This document shows, piece after piece, positions 26,850-40,401 of a stretch of 64,000 nt of DNA. Both the position numbers and the translations under genes were made by a program. The DNA lies in the NCBI RefSeq assembly GCF_964355755.1, contig NC_092675.1, positions 27,438,912 to 27,502,911 on the forward strand, read 5' to 3'. Under the pieces are notes generated by a model. The model searched no databases and was not told the DNA's origin. It saw only the letters and a list, made by a program, of their open reading frames with translations. The DNA is from Antedon mediterranea. Lineage: Eukaryota > Animalia > Echinodermata. Position 1 is the first letter of the stretch. Every line of letters begins with the position of its first letter.

Positions 26850-28582
26850 TAGGCCTATGCATACGGTTATTATCTACTACTAACAGTATCTATCCAAAGT
26901 TGTAAAATTCTGTTCAAGATCAACTTGAATGTATTCATCATTAAAATTTCTATGGTATGATCATAAATATTTTTTTATCAAAAATGTGTTGTAATACCTG
27001 TCTACAATGTAATGTGTGATATGATTGATTACACTCTATTATTAATGAATTATCTTATATTGTATTCATATTTTGATCCCATATAAAATGATAGTAAGAA
27101 TACAATTTTAGAAATATACAGATAAACATTATAAATTAATAGTGGCACAGTTCAAAAGAAAATACTATAAAAATCCTAACCACGGTTCAAACCTATCACA
27201 GAATACATTATAAAAACATCTCTCTAGATGAATCTCAAAGTATGATATTAAATTCCACAAGATTGTTATCAGAAGTTTGAAAATATTTTTCTACGCATCA
27301 TAAAAAATGGAATGAAGATATCTGATCGGAGGTTGTTGTTTGAAGTCCCTCGATGCAAAGCGGAACACAAACACGCAATTTTCCCGTACTATGATTAATC
27401 ACCTGTTTTTGCAACATACTTTTATACATTTCAAACTTCAAAGAAACAGTCCGATACAAAAACAACAGTTTAAATAATAGGATACTTTATGCATCTGTTA
27501 TATTAACTGTAAATCATGGCTTGAATAAAATGTTATATTAAAAGGTTTATAGAGTGTAGCCCTCCTTTGGGACACCCCATTCAGAAGATGCTACTAATAA
27601 GGGGACATTTTGAAGGGTTCTGAAGTTTTCCCTTGGTTCCAATCTAGTATACAACAACATTTATTAAATATTCAATATTTTACAAAGTTTATGGGTTAAG
27701 ATACACAGAAGCCAAAGTGGCTTGTCTTTGTAGTCCTAAGCATAAACATAAAACATATTATACGGACGCATTACATTAACAAAAAATGACATTTTCAGAC
27801 AGAAAAAGAAAAAAAAACACAGTAAAGAAAAAGTAGTGTTGTGTACATTTATTTATTTACAAAATACACAGAGATTGACTTTCCATTCAAAGGACATTAA
27901 ATAACAAGATTAGTGGTCCATAAAACCACTGAAAATAGAATAGTTAAAATATTATTGGCAATTGTTGCAGGAATAAAAGGTATTTTACTGTGTCCATTAA
28001 ATAAAACCACTGAAAGAAAGGATGTTTCATCATCAAGAGTTTATAACCTTTGAATAAAATAGTTTCCGAAAAAAATACTGTAGTATAACAAAGATATGAA
28101 TTGTAATAAAAAATACTGCAAAGTGTCAAATTATACTATTATACTCTATATGTTTACCTCTGTACAGCAACCTATAGTTTGTTCACTGACTTAGTCTTCC
28201 TTTTATATATATGGAAGCACAGAGTAAACTGCACACTCTATCCGCTCCCAACCACCGGATTAGAAAAACATGGAACCTTGGATCATGGAGGAAAAATGTT
28301 TTGCTCCATGCTTGGATCCACCCCTAACTAATGTTACGTCGGATACGTGTTTTTGGACATAAATAAGTGTTTTATTGGGGTTATAAATAGAGATTTTTCT
28401 AATCACACAAGCAGTTGTGATGGTTGTAAGTCACAATATAAATTGGATAAGCTTAAATCTTATGCAGACTTAGCAGTGTGTGTGTGTGAACACCTTAATA
28501 ACGGTACTTTAAAGTAACAATCATTGTGACGAACTGTAAAGTATAAATGCTATATAAGTAGGCCTACTGACAATCATCTTAC

Positions 28583-28670
28583 CTTGCTCATTGCAATAGA
28601 TGTGTGCAAGAGAATGCAACATGATAATGGCAGTAAATATAAATGATGCCATATTGAACGAATTCTTCAT
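28583..28670 (-). CDS. Signal-peptide first coding exon of a second gene, paralogous to the first coding exon of the Tie-like kinase
   Basis: ttttcag|A ATG ... CAA G|gtaaga; encodes MKNSFNMASFIFTAIIMLHSLAHIYCNEQ; same 89-nt exon, 88-nt CDS and phase 1 as 59802-59890. Confidence 0.75.
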
Positions 28671-29059
28671 TCTGAAAAAAGAAGAGAAAAATTGGATTCT
28701 TAGTAGCCTATTACATAATGGTAATGGATATTTGACTTGCATGTTAGAGGAGGCATGGGTTCATATTGATTGCTTTTAGGCAAGACTCATTGCCTCATCT
28801 TTCGAATTGAATGTGAAGTTGTATCCTATGCAATGTGTCCTGTGGTTAAATAGTCTGGTGAATATGGATCCTTTACAGAGAATCTAAACAGACCTGAAAC
28901 AGTGGAATACATATTTCCAAACCCAGGTCTGTTAGGATTCTCTGTAAAGGCAGCGTGGAAAAGAGATGAGGGTACCCAGGCTTAGGCCTAAGAGGTTGAG
29001 AAAAAAATCGCGAGCGGGAATGACATACGCCACCAATAGTTTGACTTTTCAATTCAATT

Positions 29060-29213
29060 CAAACATTTCATTCAAAACATTTCATTCAAAACATTTCATT
29101 CAAAACATTTCATTCAAAACATTTCATTAAAAACATTTCATTCAAAACATTTTATTCAAAATATTTCATTCAAAACATTCAATTCAAAGCATTCAATTCA
29201 AAACATTTCATTC
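29060..29213. repeat. 14-bp minisatellite (TTCATTCAAAACAT)n, about 10 copies
   Basis: Directly visible tandem units. Confidence 0.9.
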
Positions 29214-30069
29214 ATATATCGCACCATTCAATTCATATCGATGCATTTCATTCACATATCGCGTCATACAATTCTTATCATCGAAATGTTGCATAAACGG
29301 CGTTCCATACAGTATAAAGAAAAAATAAAATAAAAAATCAAAATTTATATAAGCATTGTAATAGCCAAAAAAAAGAATATGTTTCATACATACATACATT
29401 TTTTTCTAAAAATAATATTTAAAACAGGCATATGTTTCTGACTTTACCATAAATGGGATATAATACAGATCTCAAAATTGCATTTTAAGCTTTATATACA
29501 AAGTTCAAAGATATAAAGTAGTTTACCAAACAATGTTTATGACGCTTCAGGAAATTAAAAACAAGCAAGAGATTTAAGACAAAATGATATTTATGTCCAA
29601 TTATCCCCATATGACCTTGAACCAAATACATACAATATACTTATTTTCTTAAGATATGTACACTATGTATGAGTAAGTATACATGTTAATAAATCACAAC
29701 ATAGGGAATTAGTATTTTAATATCTGATATTGTTGGAGCCATCCATCTAATTTAATGTCATCTTTTATTTTGTATAAGTAACCCAAAAGTGAACTTGATT
29801 AGTTTTACATTAGGTATAAAACAAAAATGATGATAAATGTCAAAGAAAACAAATTAACTGTGACATGTAAAGTGTATCATATAGGAATCAATCAATCTGA
29901 CTTGAGATTTAAAAAAGAAAGTTTTATTTTTAGAAAACTATATTGACAAGTGTCCTTCAAAGATTATCATATTCTTTTTAAAAAAATTCAGCCTTTTAAG
30001 AATTCTCAAATTATTATTCAAGTTCAGCCAAATGTATCTTAATATTCATGACTTTTAAATCACATTTAA

Positions 30070-30692
30070 AGCCCCATTCCCTACGTTTTTTAGATCTAAT
30101 TTAAGATCACAAACTATATTTAATGTAAAAATAATACTATGGTCCTATTGCGATAACTTTTTTCGTCTTTAAACGGTTAAAAATGTGAAAATAAATCGAT
30201 TCTAATAATTATAGCGGCCCGCTATAAATACCAAAATGCATTGCGCGCGGATTGATATTTTTGTTTTTCACCTGTAATTCGCCCACTTTTCGATCGATCG
30301 TGAAGCCAAAACAAATGGAAGACTCCTAATTTTTCAGCGAAAATACCGGGTTTTCCCCAATTTGTATCAACGGAGTCTGGCTAAAAATAGAAAAACAATT
30401 AATGCAGCAACTATACAACGTCAGGCTAGGTATATAGCTAGCGTACGATGTTCGTACGTATCGATGTTTACCAGCTAGGCCTACAAAACTAAGCCTAGCT
30501 AGGCTAGGCCTAAGACCGTCCACGAGAGGTCGATCGCCGCGAGCTACTTAGGTAGTGCATTGTTTCTCACTTTTTATCATAATTTACCATAAAACGTACA
30601 TTTAAGACAAGGAATGACATGGTTTAATGTTTTTAAAGTGATATATATGTATTATTTTCCAAAAAACGTCCAAAATTGCAGGGAAGGGGTCT
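30070..30692. mobile_element. Kolobok-type MITE (uninterrupted 623-bp copy)
   Basis: TTAA TSD at 30066-30069 and 30693-30696; AG...CT termini; reverse complement of 3070-4536 without the nested element. Confidence 0.9.
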
Positions 30693-33600
30693 TTAAGTTA
30701 ATATGACTGTTAAAGAGGCATTGTCGAACAAAACCTGGCAAATGAACTGGCCATTTTGTAGTTTTAAAAAACAATTTAATTCACTTTCACTTAATAATGA
30801 TTTTAATCCATAAAAAGAGAGGAAAAAAATAGTTACCATTTATAAACCAAAAACCTGACAATGGGTTTCTGGATGAATTTTGTTCTCCTTTAAATTAACA
30901 TTTATCATTTTTGGCTATCATATGTCTGATTTAAAAAAATATATTTTCTGTATTAAAACAAAAATATTATATGCCATTAGAAATGTCTATAGTATACAGT
31001 TTTAAAATATCAAAAACGGCAGGATTTTGAATGATCTTATTATCGACCTGTGAAAGTGTTCTGTTTTATGCACCAGCAAAGCATAAATATTAATCATTAC
31101 AGCTTACAAACTGCTTTTGCCACAGTGTTACAGCAATTAAAGTAGAAACTATGACGGACATATGGAATGTAGGTCTCTTAACGTTATTTAAAGAAACATG
31201 GTTTGAGTTGAGCTTTTAAAGAATTATCTCTTTAAATTTATGGTCAAAACTGGACTTTCTTTATTTACAATACAGTACAGTACTTTAAAATCTTTAAAAT
31301 CTTGTGCCATTATACTTTCATCTATTTTTTCCCCCAGTTTGTTACATTTAGAGCAGGATGGTTTTGTAGATGATACAATCAAGGGTCACTGGTGTCAGTT
31401 AGGGGGCCAAGGTGATCAAGAGAAAACTTGGGCCCCCTGTCAGGGAAGAGTTGCCAATTTACCCATCCAACTTAATTTATATTGTGTATTGACAATGTTG
31501 GCTACTGTTGGCCAATCAGGCTATTCTATTAAAGCAGAACTAGTAGATACCCATGGAATACAGGAACTACCTAGTTAGTGAATTCTAACCATTTGTCAAA
31601 AAGAAATTTAAAAGTATAATTTTTTCTGGAGGCCTAAAAGGCAGGAAAAGATAAAACGACACACGTCACTAACAACTCGGAAGCCATACAATTCTCGAAA
31701 AAACATCTATATGAGGTCAGGTTGCATGCCCATTTAAACTAATAGTGATCAGAGTTGAATACCTCAGTTAGTTTTCAATTGATAGTATAAAATCTAAGAA
31801 TTATTATAATAATAAGGAAATCTCATATTTCGCCAGTTTTCATCAAAAAGAAAAGCCACAACAATGCAATGAAAGAAAAAATATACAGTGTATAAGGTTC
31901 AAATTCTTTGTGCAGTTAGGCCCTTTCCTGTATTCTAAACATTAGAACAGACTTTACAAACAAACTATACATTGTTAACTGGCATACCTTGTGTCAGTAT
32001 TATACCAGGGAGTTGTAAACAACTCCCTGATTATACTGTCACTGCAATATATTTTGACTATTTTATAACTTATTAACTTAATTTAAATTAATCATAATTT
32101 AAACTTTTAAAACAACGTTATTTAGAGTCTTCCACTGTCAACTTTCTAAAAACCACCAATTGGCAGGGCCTCCAGGCTGAAAGCTGAATTTAACAGTATG
32201 TACTGTAGGCAGTACTCAATCAACTTTCCACTACACAAAAATAGTGTGTCATAGGCCTTCTATAGGTTTTATTTGAATAAGAATTCACTTTTAATTCACA
32301 AACCTTAAGGCTAATCCTCGAAACCAATAGGTTTAGAAATGGCTTATCAAGTGGAAAGTTGGTTTGGGCTGCCTTGGGCTGCTAGGCAGCCTCTGTTACT
32401 AAATCTACCCCTAAATAATGATAAAGTAAGATTAGTTCTTGTAGTTCTATTTAGTGTAAACTTACATTTATTCTGTTCTGGTTTGCACTTCCCCCTGTTG
32501 TGTTGGAATATCCTACTCAACAAGGAATCTGTTCTTTATAACCACCTAACAAATTAAGGTCAAGGACATAAAAAGATAGATGACAATCTATTATTATGAT
32601 ATTGGAAAATACGCCTACAAAGATATTTTGGCATTTTTGGAATGACCACACCTAATTTAATCTAAACAATTTAAGGAAAATTATAGACATAGCAATGAAA
32701 ATGTTACATATAGGTTTCAATTTCAATTTTTTTATTTAAAATCCTTTTATTTTTTTCAATCAAATAAAAATGTTTAAGTGTTTCAAGTGGCAGATTTCTT
32801 TCTGTAGTTATTTTTTTGTTTTAAAAATAAAATAAATAAATAAATAATAATAAATAAATAAATTTTTTTTTTTTTTAAATAAGAAAATACCCAAAAGGCA
32901 GAAGTAAAGTTAAGTTAGTTTCATTAAAACTAAATTAGTTTATTTTAAGTATGTCACTGAGTATAACTAAAGTAATTTCAAAATAATAGCTGTGATAATG
33001 ATGATTTTGATATAGATTTTCTGAGTAAAACTATCTACCCTCTTGCTTAGTGAGTAAGGGAACATATTCAATATCTTATCCCAGCTTATCATATTTTCGT
33101 CAAAGTTGAGACTTTTATTGCAATTTATGTATTGTTGAGGTGGTACTTATTTAATATGAACCGGATTGACTCAACAGTATAAAAACACTGTAATACTAAT
33201 CATTAAAGTAGAACTCCTACAAACACCTGGACTGCATAAGATGTCCCCTTAATAGAGGTTTCCTCTCTGAATTGGGGGCCAGCCATTATCCTTTCAAACC
33301 TATTGACCATAGTTCATTTTACAGAAAAATGTCCCCTTAATAGCATGTCTCAAAAAGGGGTCCTTATAATTGATTTATTGGTAACTCATGAAATACAGTT
33401 ACTTTTACAGTAATAATAATTATTTTCCTACACATTCGGTTTTCTACCATAGACACATTTTAATTAACCGATTCAATACACGGCGTTATAAAATTAATAT
33501 CATGTGTTGAAACATTAACGTCAACAACTGTAGCATTTCATCTTGGTATAATATGTTTAAATGTAAAATAATTTACATTTTACATTACTGGTTGAGTTTA

Positions 33601-35486
33601 AATAAATTGAATCTATAAATGATTTTAATTTACAGTACTGTACTTACCTCAATTAAAAGTGAAGAACTAATATCGAAGTAAACATTAGATACTTCTACCG
33701 CGTGACTTATCTTCTAAGAAGCTTTGTACAATTGATATAACATTTACATGTGACAGCAGATTGTACATACTGTTCGCTCTACCCAGAAGAACTGCATGCT
33801 TGATTGGTTTAAACAGAATAATTAAAAGACTCATATTCCTTGATGGTTATATTGCATGGTTTGAAATGAAGACTCTGGGCATGAATGTAATCTTAATTTT
33901 ATTTTTAATCATCATTGTTAATAACCAATTGATAATACAATACAAAAAGCTCAATCATTAAAGAGTCCTATTGAAAAAAGGAAGCTAACCAAATTGAGAT
34001 TTTATTAATAATGAATTTATTAAAACATATTTTCATCTTAAACTTTAAACATCTATCAAATGATTCATTAATATTTATTATAGTTAGTACCAGCAATAAT
34101 AAAGTATTTTGTAAAATTTTTTTAGGTCAAAGAGTATATAATTATAGAATAGAAAAAAATAATCTCTTCATTATTAATAAAATATATGATTATAAAAGAA
34201 ATAGCCAAATTATACAATGTATTAAAATAAAAATTTGTTTTCAAATGAGAATAAATGTATACTTTATACTACTACTATAATGTAGATGTCTAGGTTATAC
34301 CACAAAGAAAAGAAAGCTAGAATGTTCTGGTCATCTCATAAAAAAGAAAAAGTCTTCAAAGGGAAATACTAGATGGTAAAATAGACGAGAAATAAGGCAG
34401 AGGTTGGCCACGTTTTACATGGACAACCAAAAAAAGGAATGGACAAAAATGAGCTATGAGAAATGTGTGAGAAAAGAATGGAAATTCATGACAGCCAATC
34501 TGCTTCAAGCCGAGAACACCGACAGGTGACTATAATACTATATACTTTACGTAAAAGAATGGATAACTTGTGTAATTTAATTAAATTAATAAATTAATTT
34601 TAGCAAGTTGCAATTACAAAACATTCATCATTTTATTGCCATATTTCTGTACCATTGTCTGTTAAATAATATCTATTATATACATATTTCTGTACCATTG
34701 TCTGTTAGTATAAGATGTTTAATGAAACATAAAATCTTTTATTTTACTTGTACTTCCAGATTCATTATAAGCAAGACAACAAAAATATAATACTGCAAGG
34801 AATCATCACTATAGGACACTAACAACATACGTTTCGTCAAGGTATTAAATACATAATGACATTTAGTGTCTTTCCATTTGACATTTAAAGAAGAAAGAAA
34901 CATACAAAATACCAGCGACAACAATTATCAGTTTCAACTAAGATCTGTATTAAGGATTATATTTTTTTTAAATGCATTATTTGTATTTTAAAATTATGTA
35001 TAAGCCTATTGCATGTAACAATTATACAACAGTCAACATGCCTTCATTCATGATCATCACCACCTTAACATCAACATCATTATTTTCAGGCTTTAAAAAA
35101 GTTGGATATTTTTAAACCTGATTTTGTGTTAACCACCAAAAATAAATAGAGGGCACTACAAAAAAATAATAAACCTTGATCATCATCATCAAACTTTATT
35201 CTAAAACCTTTTTCAAAGTGTCCACAAATTTCATCAACTTCATGCCATTATGAAACACATTTATGTCCCTTTAATTTGAAATTCCACAAGAGCAATTATA
35301 TTTTACCATTTCATCGAATCAGAATATATACATGAATTTCACCAAGGTAATTAACGGCAATCAACATAAAAGATAATTAGCATCTTTTCCCTTGCCAATC
35401 AACAGCTTAGTTTTACAGCATGACTATAACTAGATATAGTTTTACTTAATAAATATATCCTTCAAGCCTTTGCCATTATTATTATC

Positions 35487-35750
35487 GTCGTGAGGTAATT
35501 TCCCGATTGATCGTAATCAAAACGGTACTGGGTATGGTCTACTAGCTTTTCTGCTCCCAACCAGTACATCCATTCATAGAAGCCTTGATGAAGCAAGCCT
35601 ACCTGGTGGTAACCATAGAACGGTTCCGAGATAGGTAGGCTTGCTTCATCAAGGCTTCTATGAATGGATGTACTGGTTGGGAGCAGAAAAGCTAGTAGAC
35701 CATACCCAGTACTGTTTTGATTACAATCAATCGGGAAATTACCTCACGAC
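35487..35750. repeat. Long inverted repeat/hairpin: 118-bp arms, 28-nt loop
   Basis: Arms 35487-35604 and 35633-35750; only two mismatches seen, both at CpG sites. Confidence 0.95.
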
Positions 35751-38700
35751 ATTATGAATTATGAGAATACTATACAGTGTCTATGATTACCTAGACCGCA
35801 TTGGATTGCGTCAACAGTTCCAGTGTCATATTATTTATTAATTAAAACATATAATGCATAATATATAATGAGGACAATGACCTTAATTTTACATAACAAA
35901 TAATGGGAGGCTTAGTTGGTATGGTAAGTGGCAAGAAATTGTTGAGACCTATTAAAAAACTTAATATTCTAAATGATCACGACATAAAGTTTGGATGTGA
36001 ATACTTAAGTCAAGAAGATGGTTTTATCTCGACAACTGCTTTGATGTACTAGAAATCTATAGATAGCGAGTTCTTCTACTGGTAATAAAAAACATGGTGG
36101 ATGGATGACAGACATAAACAAACCAATGACATTAAATATTTGTTTCCCATTTATTTATTAATTTTTTTTTTTCATTTTTTAGCAAGTTAAATATTAAGAG
36201 TTGTATTAGTCTACCTTGTAAGGAAAAGTCTCACATAGCTGATGTGGCTAAAAAAAAATATAATTCATCAGCCAGTCTTAATTTAACCCTATAACAGCTT
36301 GTATTATAGGAATGAAATAGACTTGTTGAACATTCATTTTTATAACATTTAGTTAAGTTTATGCATTTTTTTTTTTTACATATTTGTTTAGTTAAGTTTG
36401 TGAATTTGTAACTGTTACTTCTGAACCCACCAATTGTCATTTATGGAGTGCCACCGATTTAAAGGTGTAAGTTCCAATAAATATATATACAGTATAACCC
36501 ACAGCATTGTCATTTTTTTTCAGTAATTTGCCTTTGGATTTATATATATATATATATATATATAAACAAATCAGGCAAATTATATAACACATCTGCTTGT
36601 ATTTTTGCCATTTGATTGGTTAATTACGCATCATGTGCCATTTGTTATTAGTTTGTAATAGTGACAATTAATGGACCCTAATATGTGTTCAGTAACGTTT
36701 TAAGAGTCTAATTTCCCATGCGATGGTGTTGACTGATTCAAGTTCCAAAATCAACCTATAGTGTTCGCCATATAACTGTTCTACTCCACGTCCAAAGTTA
36801 AAGCTCGGCTCCGCCTTGTTAAATAGAGCAGTAAAAATCGTTCAACTCACCAAATATTCTCACCATCCAACTCATAAACATTCATTACTTGTAAACGAAT
36901 TAATTTGACCCATTCAATCGATTGTTACTATATTCAAAGTTCACACTAAAGCAAGATATAGTGTAAAGTTACTAAAATAAACTTGCCAATGTTAAATGTA
37001 AACAAAATTAATTGTGAAGGTAGGCAATTTCCATCTCATTATTTAAGTTAAAACAACAGTATGTTGTATTTGTGATGTTGAACTGTCCTAGTTATCGTAG
37101 TGTTAATACCGTAAATCGAAAGTATTGTAGTAAATTTGAAAAAATACTAATCTGTTTAATTAAAACTAAATGTCAAGTAAATAATCCATTTAAGAACACT
37201 GGACTCAATGCCCTCTTAAAGCAATACCATATTGGTCCCCTGATAGTGCACTTTAAATCTTGAAATTTTAAAACTATGACGGAATTCTAAGCTGCTGTGT
37301 AGAACATTCAGATCAGAAGCCATTTTAATCTAGATGGATTTATGAATGATTTTTATTTCGCAGTTTCAGTGGTCCAAGTTATACACTATAAGTGATTGCC
37401 AAAAGGGAAGGTTTTCTAGGGTTTTTCGATCAAAATATTTGACTTTCATGGTCAAAAATACACTGAATCTCAGTCACTTCTGCATTAAACTTAGAAAGCA
37501 CCAGATTGATTGCACTCTCTTGTGATGTTTAAAAATATGAGTTTGCTTCAATTTTTAGAAAAACATTGCCTACTATAATAAAACATATAATTTAATATCA
37601 GTAGGCCTACAGTATATTTTATAAATATTGTGTAATCTTGATACCAGTCACTACTTTCAAAATCTGGTGGTTTTATTTTCAGGAAAACTTAAGTAATGCA
37701 AAAAAAAATCAAAACATTTAGGACACTCTCAGTCACGCGACAAGTTTTATTGTTTACATTATACAACATTATCAAAAACTTATGTAAACAATTAATGGCA
37801 CATGAGTAAAGTGTGTCTGTGATAAAAATAGACTACATTTTTCTAACTATTCTGTATCGAACTACGAAAATATCTACTTGACAGTTTGTATATAGTTTCC
37901 CATTAAATTTAATCTCGCGATCTGTGACATTTATTGTAACCATGGAGGTACCTCCATGCTGTAATAACAGTTGTTTTCATAAAATAGCTTTATACCGGAA
38001 GAAAACACATTTTATAAACAATTAGGCCTACTCACCCGGTGTGCCAAGCTTGGTCTTGGACACTTCGTTTGTGGTGGCAGAATTGATTTGGCAGCAGAAA
38101 CGGGGCCAAATAAAGTACGACGTTTCCCTGTTGTATACAAACCGTAGTATTATAATTTATAATTGTCATTAAATACCTACCATTTTTTCTTGTTAAATGC
38201 ACGAGTTGCCGATGACATGTTTGCTGCACAACGTCGTTCGTCACGCATGGAGTAATCAACCACATGAGGAATGGAATGGAGATACTTTCTCCATCCATGA
38301 CGAACTTAAACAGGATCGCTTTTCCATTTTCTCATCCCTGGGTATTTAATCATGCGTGTCCATATTAAAATGGCAGGGAATATCCCATATTTAGGCCTAC
38401 AGGCCTACTCTTCATAAATTAATTAGAAATATAGATGAAAAAATGTGTTTTAATGCAATGACCCTCGTGATAACTCTGGTAATGTAATAATGATAATGGC
38501 CTATTATATTTTCGGTAAATTCGTACCTTTTTTTCGATTGAAATTGAAAATGTTCTCAGAGTTTGTATTCCTATGTAAAGGAGAAGATTAGGAAAGAAAT
38601 AAGCATCTTTAATAATACTGTGCTATAGTATCAGGCGCCTTATTTCTTTTTAAAACGTACCGTAGCTGCTGCTGCCTCCAAGAATTATCTTAGGCCTATG

Positions 38701-39495
38701 ATTAAATAATAATAATTTTTTTTTAATAGCTTGCGGGAAGTTTGTAAGTGAGTTGAGAAATAACTAATAATTATCATTTGTCATCTTTATTTAGACCGAT
38801 GGTTTTTTTATTCGGCATCTTTAATGGCTTATTTACATAATTATGCATCTTAAAGTTTTATTCACTATTCGGAAAAGGAAATTGTGGTTATAAACCATGC
38901 CCAAAAAAGGAAACAATTTAGATTCCTGTGAAGACTATTCGGCAGGTTTACCATAGACCCTTTTTTAGTAGGCCTATATCAATTTATTTCATTCATTGTT
39001 CGAAATCCTCGATTTACCTAAAATCCATTTCAAAGGTTATTAAATGTCAAGTGCTTTTCGCAGGAAGTTTGTCTAAGGCCTATTCAAGTTATTTTCTACT
39101 TTTTCCTTTTAACCACTAGGCCTATCTATAATTAACCTGATGTTCAACATTATACTGGCATGACGTCTTCTAAAAATAGTATGTTTAATCTTTAATAGTT
39201 TATTATTACAAAACCATTTTGCAGTAAGCTGAATTATATGCTTTAAAAAAATTACACAAACCCTCTGAAATACCGGTAGGCCTACTGAATAGAAAAACTA
39301 GATCGAAAAAACACACACATAGGCCCGGTACAAAATACATATTTTTAGAATTGATTAGACCTATTATTGAAATTGAGATATTACATCCAGTTCCAGATAT
39401 AAATTTACGTAGGCCTACATCAATACAAAACAGAGGAAACATCAAAGGCTTGGTTGGGACAAGAATACATTTATGAGCATTTTAACCGATGTAAT

Positions 39496-40401
39496 AACAA
39501 GCACGAATGCGAGATCTGTAATGACGTCATAAGACCGGATGTAACGTCACATACAAATCAATAACCTCGCTACCAAATACGGCTATACGGTACCATCTTC
39601 GAGACGTGATATGGCTGCATCTGGTTTGAAATTAAAATCCGGCTCTATAGCCTTGAGGACATGTCCCTGTAGTATATTCATGCCAAATCCCAGCTCAATA
39701 CTATAACGAATAAGGGAGTACTTTATAAATCGCACTTTTTGCTCAATAATGTCCAGATGGAAGAAGAAGAGGAAAAGATGAGAGAATCCTAGACTCAGGT
39801 ACCCCGAGTAATAAAACGAGATATACTCTATATCATATTACGTATACAGTATATTTCACCATAAAGTTTAAGAAAAATAGGTTTCGCCAGGACTTGAATC
39901 GGGGACCTTCTGCGTGTTAAGCGGAGACTTGATAACCACTACCGTACACTACGAAACCTCTTACACCAAAAATGTGGGTTACACAAAGTTTTTTAATCCA
40001 TTTAAATTAAAATAAATATGGTAATAAGCAAAAAGCAAAATAAAAATGTGTAAAAGTGATAATTACCGATTACACAAAAATAAGTATTAAAAAAAATAAT
40101 AAAAATAAGATATACTGTATATCATATTGCGTATATACAGTACTTTTCACCATAAAGTTTAAAAAAAAAAGGTTTCGCCCGGGCTCGAACCGGGGACCTT
40201 CTGGCCGCATCCGATTTGAAATTTAAAAATCCGGCTCTATAGCTTTGAGGACATGTCCCTGTAGTATATTCATGCCAAATCCCAGATCAATAATACAACG
40301 AATAAGGGAGGAGTAGTACTTTATAAATCGCACTTTTTACTCAATAGTGTCCAGATGGAGGAGAAAATGAGTGAGTCCTAGACTCGGGTACCCCGAGTAT
40401 A
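39496..40401 (-). mobile_element. Helentron/HINE (DINE-1-like) composite with a duplicated 5' module and tRNA-Val units
   Basis: AACAAGCACGAATG end at 39496; gtaccccgagta end motif at ~39799-39810 and ~40388-40399; core shared with 43529-44214. Confidence 0.8.
39880..39958 (-). pseudogene. tRNA-Val(AAC) pseudogene inside the HINE, with a 5-bp insertion in the D-arm
   Basis: GGTTTCG...CGAAACC acceptor stem and TT-AAC-AC anticodon loop; extra CCGTA at 39942-39946. Confidence 0.75.
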
